From: an uncultured Bifidobacterium sp. | GTDB lineage: Bacteria > Verrucomicrobiota > Verrucomicrobiia > Limisphaerales > JADJPG01 | Assembly (NCBI GenBank): GCA_964491875.1 | Contig: CAZBIC010000037.1 | Location: 4,567 to 68,566 of the forward strand | DNA length: 64,000 bases | Reading direction: 5' to 3' | Shown: positions 55,723 through 61,800 of the stretch, one piece after another | How the letters are laid out: the number at the start of each line of letters is the position of its first letter | Numbering within the stretch: position 1 is the stretch's first letter | Translations under genes and position numbers: made by a program | The notes under the pieces: model-generated | The model's database searches: none | Told to the model about the DNA's origin: nothing | The model's input: only the letters and a program-made list of their open reading frames with translations

Positions 55723-56470
55723 CTATACTGGGCGAATAAAGATTCATCGTTCGGACATAAAGCTCGCAACGCGGGAAGCGAACGGCGCGTTCAGCTTTGA
55801 CGCCAGCCTGAAGCTTATTGACTACGAGTTACCCGCAGAAGCGCTCGTGTTTGTTGAGGCGTATCGTCAGACAACGTGGATGCGATTTCCGTTCGGCACG
55901 GTAGCAAACCTTCAACCGCCAGCGAACCGCGAGTTGAACGAGTTTGAATCCGTTGAACACATCAAGTTTCGGGTCAAGGTCACCCAGGCGCTTGATGAGC
56001 ACATTCTGCTCGCCGTCGCTGATCGCATTCCGCTGGCGCTGCCGAGCGAGGACGCGGACTGTGAAAGCATTCTGCCAGTTCATCCGAGGGAACTGGGCGA
56101 TGAATTGTGGCAGGTAGAGATGGTCGATGAGCCATGTCTTCTGGTTAACAAGTCTGCGACGCCAGACTGGCGACAGCTCACGCAATCGCCATTGTTCGTT
56201 TCGCTCGTTTATCCCGCCGTTTTGCGCCAGATACTCACGCATGTTCTCTCCGAGGGTCACCGGGACACCGATGATGAGAATGAATGGCGTTCCAAATGGC
56301 TCCGCTTCGCCACGCTCATGCCCGGAGTCGATCCGGATATTCCAGGGAAGGACGACGGCGAGGACGCGGCCATGCGCTGGATGGAAGATGCCGTGGCGGG
56401 GTTCGCGAGGAAGCTGGCGTTGAAGGAGAAATTTTCCGCCGTGTGGCAGCAACCAAAAGGGGTCCAATGA
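55706..56470 (+). CDS. Hypothetical protein (254 aa), operon partner of the GHKL ATPase
   Basis: Strong SD aaggagga lies 5 nt upstream of the ATG. The gene overlaps the ATPase gene by 17 nt. Composition is balanced and no motif is recognised. Confidence 0.7.
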   Translation: MIRRLNYTGRIKIHRSDIKLATREANGAFSFDASLKLIDYELPAEALVFVEAYRQTTWMRFPFGTVANLQPPANRELNEFESVEHIKFRVKVTQALDEHILLAVADRIPLALPSEDADCESILPVHPRELGDELWQVEMVDEPCLLVNKSATPDWRQLTQSPLFVSLVYPAVLRQILTHVLSEGHRDTDDENEWRSKWLRFATLMPGVDPDIPGKDDGEDAAMRWMEDAVAGFARKLALKEKFSAVWQQPKGVQ

Positions 56471-57183
56471 AAGTTGCGCGCTTGAACGAGGGCGGCATTT
56501 CCACCTTTGCCGGCTGGCTGGAAACTCTGAAACAGGGTGGTTCGGTGCAGGCTCCCGTTTCGCTGCTGACCAGCCCTGAAGCCATCGAGGCTCTGCCTGT
56601 AACAGCGGATGTTGAACTGAGAGCTTTTACGAATCGCTTCGAGGCGGCGGAATATCTATTCCATCGCTTCACCGAAGCCGGACTGACTGACGTGGACCGA
56701 GATCGTGGGTTGTGGGCGTGGCTTTCGCTCTTTTACTTTGATTCCGTCTGCCCGGCGGGAAAAGGCGGCGTTCGCAAGCCCGGCGCACTAGCGCGTCATG
56801 TTCCTGAACCTGGAAATTTCCAACGGTATTACCGGCACCTGCTCGGCGGGCCGTATCGCATCTACCGCGCGCATCGGGATGATCCGAAGCGGGCGATGGC
56901 ATTGTTGTGCCAGCCATTGAACACCCCCGGAGAAGTGGTCGAGCAGATTGCATCTCGCCAGGAACTCGTGACGAATCGCGGGATCATGGAACTGGCCACT
57001 CGCCTGTACTTCAATCCTGACACAAAGCTGAAGAAGCATGGTGTCGAAGGCAAAGGCGGCGGCACTCCTCGCCGACTTTCTGATGTTTTAGATCAATTTG
57101 ATCTGACATGGGACTTGTATGCTTCCACCGGAGAGGAACTCGCGACAGTAATGCCCAAGGAGTTCGCCAGATTTCTTTCGTAG
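56467..57183 (+). CDS. Hypothetical protein (238 aa), operon partner of the GHKL ATPase
   Basis: ATGA start/stop overlap with the preceding gene and an SD-like aagggg upstream. Begins MKVARLNEGG. No motif recognised. The track's longer ORF (56284) overlaps the previous gene out of frame. Confidence 0.65.
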   Translation: MKVARLNEGGISTFAGWLETLKQGGSVQAPVSLLTSPEAIEALPVTADVELRAFTNRFEAAEYLFHRFTEAGLTDVDRDRGLWAWLSLFYFDSVCPAGKGGVRKPGALARHVPEPGNFQRYYRHLLGGPYRIYRAHRDDPKRAMALLCQPLNTPGEVVEQIASRQELVTNRGIMELATRLYFNPDTKLKKHGVEGKGGGTPRRLSDVLDQFDLTWDLYASTGEELATVMPKEFARFLS

Positions 57184-57322
57184 CCAAGCTCGTGAGATTC
57201 CTGTCTGCGAGTGATTCCCACACGCCGGGTCGGAGACCGGAGCTCCGTCGGAATCCGTGTGCATTCCGCCTTCACACGTTTCGGCGTGGCGGGCGGTCTG
57301 CATCCGTGGTTAAAACACTCCC

Positions 57323-57811
57323 ATGCCTGACGTGTTCACCAAGACCAAGCGCAGCGATGTGATGTCGCGCATCCGCTCGCGTGGGAACAAGGACACGGAG
57401 CTGGCGCTGGCGAAGGTGTTCCGCGCGGAGGGAATTACGGGGTGGAGAAGACATGTGAAGTTGAGAGCCGGGGAGTTGAGTGTTGAGAGATCGAATGCGC
57501 GATCCTCTCAACACTCAACTCAAACACTCTCTCAACTGATCGTCCGTCCGGATTTCGTCTTTCCAAAACTGCGCCTGGCGGTGTTCGTGGACGGGTGTTT
57601 CTGGCACGCGTGTCCGCTGCACGCGACCAAGCCGAAGGGGAATGCGGCGTTCTGGCGGAGGAAATTCGCCACGAACAAGGCGCGGGATCGACTGGTGACG
57701 CGCACGTTGCGGCGCGACGGATGGCGCGTGCTCCGCATCTGGGAACACGAGTTAAAGAAACCTGCCCGCGTGATCGCGAAGATGCGCAAGGCTTTGGCTC
57801 CTGCGCAGTGA
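57323..57811 (+). CDS. vsr: Very-short-patch repair endonuclease (Vsr) carrying an in-frame palindromic insertion
   Basis: TKRSDVMSRIRSRGNKDTEL, RPDFVFPKLRLAVFVDGCFWHACPLH and DGWRVLRIWEHEL. An extra ~25 aa (AGELSVERSNARSSQHSTQTLSQL) lies between the N-terminal helix region and the PDF motif. Confidence 0.88.
   Translation: MPDVFTKTKRSDVMSRIRSRGNKDTELALAKVFRAEGITGWRRHVKLRAGELSVERSNARSSQHSTQTLSQLIVRPDFVFPKLRLAVFVDGCFWHACPLHATKPKGNAAFWRRKFATNKARDRLVTRTLRRDGWRVLRIWEHELKKPARVIAKMRKALAPAQ
57473..57521. repeat. Perfect 17-bp-stem palindrome inside vsr
   Basis: gagttgagtgttgagag (57473-57489) is the exact reverse complement of ctctcaacactcaactc (57505-57521), with a 15-nt loop. Imperfect outer arms are agttgagag (57459-57467) and ctctcaact (57529-57537). 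Confidence 0.9.
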
Positions 57812-57848
57812 CCCACCCGGCAGCCGACTCACGCGGCCCTTCAAGCTT

Positions 57849-58091
57849 TCAGGTCACGACCACCAGATCGTCCGCGATAATCTGCCCGTTCTTTCTCGCG
57901 GGCCGGACATGGGCATTCACCAGCACATCGGGTCCGGGTACTGTTCGAGTGGGGCCAATCTTGGCAACCAGTTCCATCACCTCGCCGTCTGACTTGCGGA
58001 CGAACTCAAAGTGCCGTCCGTAGTCCGACGACACGAGCTCGCGTTTGATAAATCCATTCATAGTATCATCCATACCATGATGCCAGCCCAC
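57849..58091 (-). CDS. Small hypothetical protein (<=80 aa)
   Basis: Its non-biased composition (FIKRELVSSDYGRHFEFVRKSDGEVMELVAKIG) contrasts with the R/P/G-rich shadow ORFs around it. No family recognised and the start is uncertain. Confidence 0.3.
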   Translation of the reverse strand: MGWHHGMDDTMNGFIKRELVSSDYGRHFEFVRKSDGEVMELVAKIGPTRTVPGPDVLVNAHVRPARKNGQIIADDLVVVT

Positions 58092-58513
58092 GGCCCATGG
58101 GGTGTAACCCGACCTTGCCGGAGCGGCTTCGGACTCAGACGTGATGTCCCGGAGCTCGGCGGGTTACTTCCGGCCGGACTTGTGGCTGCGCGACTGGTTG
58201 CCCCGCTCAGGTGCGTTGCCCGTGGCGCGTGGTGCGGCACGGCGCGGTTCTTCGCGGCGGATTTGCGCGCGGCCAGGCTTGGCCTGGGCGACGGGGCTGG
58301 AGTTTCTGCTGGCGGCTGGTTTTTTGGATTTCACGACCCGACCGTACGTCTCCTTCATGCAAGGCACAACACTCCATTGGAAAATCGCCGGCCGGAACTT
58401 GTCCAACGCATTGCGGCGCTCCCGTCCGAATCCGTGTGCCTCTGCATCGATCGCACGGCGTTGCCCCGGGCTGATGTGGTGTGCCCCACTTCGGGCTAAG
58501 CGCAAAGGTAGGG

Positions 58514-58612
58514 ACGACTTCCACGTCGTCCGAAGCCCAACCATGGTGAGTCGAAACTCCGTTCAACCGTGACAAACCCAGACCGCCGAACACCATTTCA
58601 GCGCGGACCGTT
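58514..58612 (+). repeat. Direct repeat copy B (right flank of accessory segment)
   Basis: Matches 49884-49985 (see copy A). Preceded by the small hairpin ggacgac-ttccac-gtcgtcc. Confidence 0.6.
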
Positions 58613-58830
58613 GCGCGGTCTTTCGTATTATGCCGATGCCAGAATCGGAAACGCGGCGGCCAAGTCAGCATTTGCGACGTGAATGGTGCACGAGGAACCA
58701 ACCCTTGGACAGCTACTCGCAAGAAAGGTCAGCTTGGTTCGACGCGTGCCATCGCCAAAACAACCAATGGCGGAGCTTTCTGGTTGAATTATGGGCATTT
58801 CTTCCGATAAGCTTCCCCGAAGTACACACC

Positions 58831-61800
58831 ATGAGTTCAAGGAGTTTGAGATCATCTTCTGAGCCACAGTCGGAGACATCGACACTAGGAGTAAACTCCA
58901 TTTCTTTAAGCTGGCTGAACGCCATTGGGGTCTTCCTCAGCTTTCTCCTCCTCTACTCCAAGCCCGCCCACGCAGGAGTTTCGACCGTGCTGGCATGGGG
59001 CGCGAATTATGATGGTCAAACGAATGTGCCCGTCGGGCTAACGAACGTCGTTGCGATCTCGGCTGGCAACAACTTTGCCGTAGCTCTCAGAATAGATGGC
59101 ACGATCACGGCCTGGGGCGACAGCAGTGCCGCGAACGATACGAATTACCTAGCGAATGTCGTGGCAATTTCTGCCGGGCTGGGTAGCGCTTTGAATTTGA
59201 GAGCCGATGGATCCATCGTAGCATCATTCAGCCAAGCAACAACGAATCAATTATTGTATCCGAGCTCGAATAAAATCATTGGCATCGCCGAAGGTTTATT
59301 CCTACTCAATGATCAAACGTTAACCGGCTCCTACGGCAATTCCTTCGAAAACTTCAATGTCATTACATTGCCAAATGGTCCTCTTTTCGGAACTTCAATA
59401 GCTGGAAAGATTGAGGCAGGCGCCGCCGTATCTCCGAACGGCACTATTTCTCTCTGGACCACAATAGTCACCGGCCAAACCATCCCCGACTACAGCGTGC
59501 CGCTCGATTTGACGAATGCAGTCGAAGTAGATCTCGGCAGAGAGTATGGGATTGTCCGAACTGCGGACCAGCGGGTTCGCGTTTGGCGATTTGGCGGGGG
59601 CAACTCGGAGATTACAACCAACCTTCCGACCGGCTTAACCAATATCATTCAGATATCAGCGGGCGACTATCACGCGCTGGCACTAAAATCCGACGGCAGG
59701 GTAATGACTTGGGGCTCGACTTGGGATGGAGTTGGGAACGTTCCGACCACAGCAACCAATGTGCTCGCCGTAGCTGCCGGAGGCGGTTTCAGCGTCGCGC
59801 TCACCGGGAGCGGACCACCCGAGGTCAATATTCTCAATGCAACGACGAACGAAGTAAGCGCAGGCATAACCAGCATTCTCCGGGGCGGGTTTCTGGGGGA
59901 ACCACCCTTGAGCATTCAATGGCGAAAAAATGGAGCCGACATCGTAGGAGCGACCAATGCAACGCTTTGGCTGACCAACTCCCAGATGAAAGATACGGGT
60001 TCATATTCTCTCTTCGCCAGCAACCGCCTTGGAACAGCGACCAGCCGAGAAGTTGCTGTGGTCGTTACACCAGCTCCGCCAGCGTTCGTTAGCGAGCCCA
60101 TCTCGCAACTCGCCACGCTGATGAATCGACACGAACTTTCAGCAACTGTGGCGGGATCTGAGCCAATGCATTATCAATGGCATTTCAACGGCAAGTCGAT
60201 TCCGGGAGCAACAAACGCGGTCCTCCGGCTTGATCCCCTCTATTACTCTGATTCAGGAGATTATTCGGTCGTGGTGACCAACGCGCTGGGCACCGCAACA
60301 AGCAGTAACGCGGCACTCACCTTAACTTCAGTCGTGCTCGCGAACAATGGGCAAACCGATGTCCTGCCAATGCAAATCGGATTAACGAATGCAGTTTCAC
60401 TCGTGGCAAACTCCCTGCGAGGCAATGTGCTAGCTCTCGATGGGACGGCTCAGGACTGGGACCTTTATTCCCGAGGTTACCCATATGTGGCATCACTCAC
60501 CGTCTCGAATCTCTTGGAGTTAGGAGACGGTTGGACCGGATCGGCAATCAGTCTTGAAAACCATGTCGTGTCTCTCTATACGTCCGACGTAACAAAGTAC
60601 GAGATTCCATATGGGCTCACCAACGCGATTTGGATCACGGCAGGCCTAAACACGCGTTTCGCATTGTTAAGCGACGGACGATTGACGGGCTGGTTCGTCA
60701 CCCAATTCGGAACGGCAGTGCCACTTACGATTCCGACTGAAGTTTCCAACGTAGTCGATTTCTCATTTGGATTTGACCATGGCATCGCCATTCGCGCAGA
60801 CCGATCCGTTGTAACGTGGGGTGATCTGGATTTTGGCAACTTGAATGTCCCTGCCAGTGTGTCGAACGTGGTTGCCGTTGCGGCCGGAGATAATTTCAGC
60901 GTGGCTGTGCGAGAGGATGGATCGGTCGTATCGTGGGGACGCGGTACAATGACGCTATTCGGCGGAGGAGAAACCAATGTACCGGCCGGCCTCTCCAACG
61001 TGGTCTCTGTCAAAGCCGGTCGCGTCCACACAGCGGCCCTTAAGCGGGATGGCACTGTGGCTGTTTGGGGATTCGGCGTGGAGCGAACATCTAACGCGTT
61101 CTCCAAAGTTAAGAATGTTGCGAAAATCGCCGCTGGAGAATTGCAGACCGCGGCTCTGTTCTGGGAAAACCCACCTCTCATTCGTCAATTGACTCCTCGC
61201 GAAAGCACCATCTTCTCTGGTGGTCCGGCGGTGCTGCGCGTTGATGTTTTAGGGCCGGCCGATCTCAGATTCCAATGGCAGTTGCACGGCACAAACATTC
61301 CCGGAGCCATCTACAAATTCTTGTTCGTTGAGAACATCCGCGCGGAAGACTCCGATGGCTATAGCTTTATTGCCAGCAGTCCAAGTGGAGCCTCGGTCGG
61401 CGAATCTCTCCGCATTCGCGTTGAGAATGCGCCTCCATTCGTTGTGACACAGCCAGTAGACGCTGGAACCAACGTGACCCGGTCGGCAACATTTACCGTC
61501 GCCGCTGACGGCGCGAAGCCTCTCCATTATCAGTGGATGTACGAAGGTGTAGACATCCCTGGCGCAACGATGTCGTCACTAACGGTAGGACCGCTGACCC
61601 ATCTGAACGCAGGCCACTACTCGGTCCGCGTTACGAACCCATTCGGAAGTACGATTAGCTCCAACGCAGCCCTAAAGGTATGGTCGGTTGTGGGATGGGG
61701 AAGAACGTTTCCCTATGATTATGGACAGAGTAACGCTGGCCCGGCCAGTTCTGATGCATTCGCTATTTCTGCCGGCGAGTTTCACAGTGCGGCGATCAAA

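Noticed and set aside
58164-58358. Possible 64-aa highly basic protein on the minus strand (MKETYGRVVKSKKPAASRNSS...SHKSGRK) with a GGAG upstream.
   Set aside because: Its low-complexity K/R/A/P composition sits in a GC-rich region that is open in several frames, and no family is recognised. The evidence is too weak for a CDS call. It is worth checking only with expression data.
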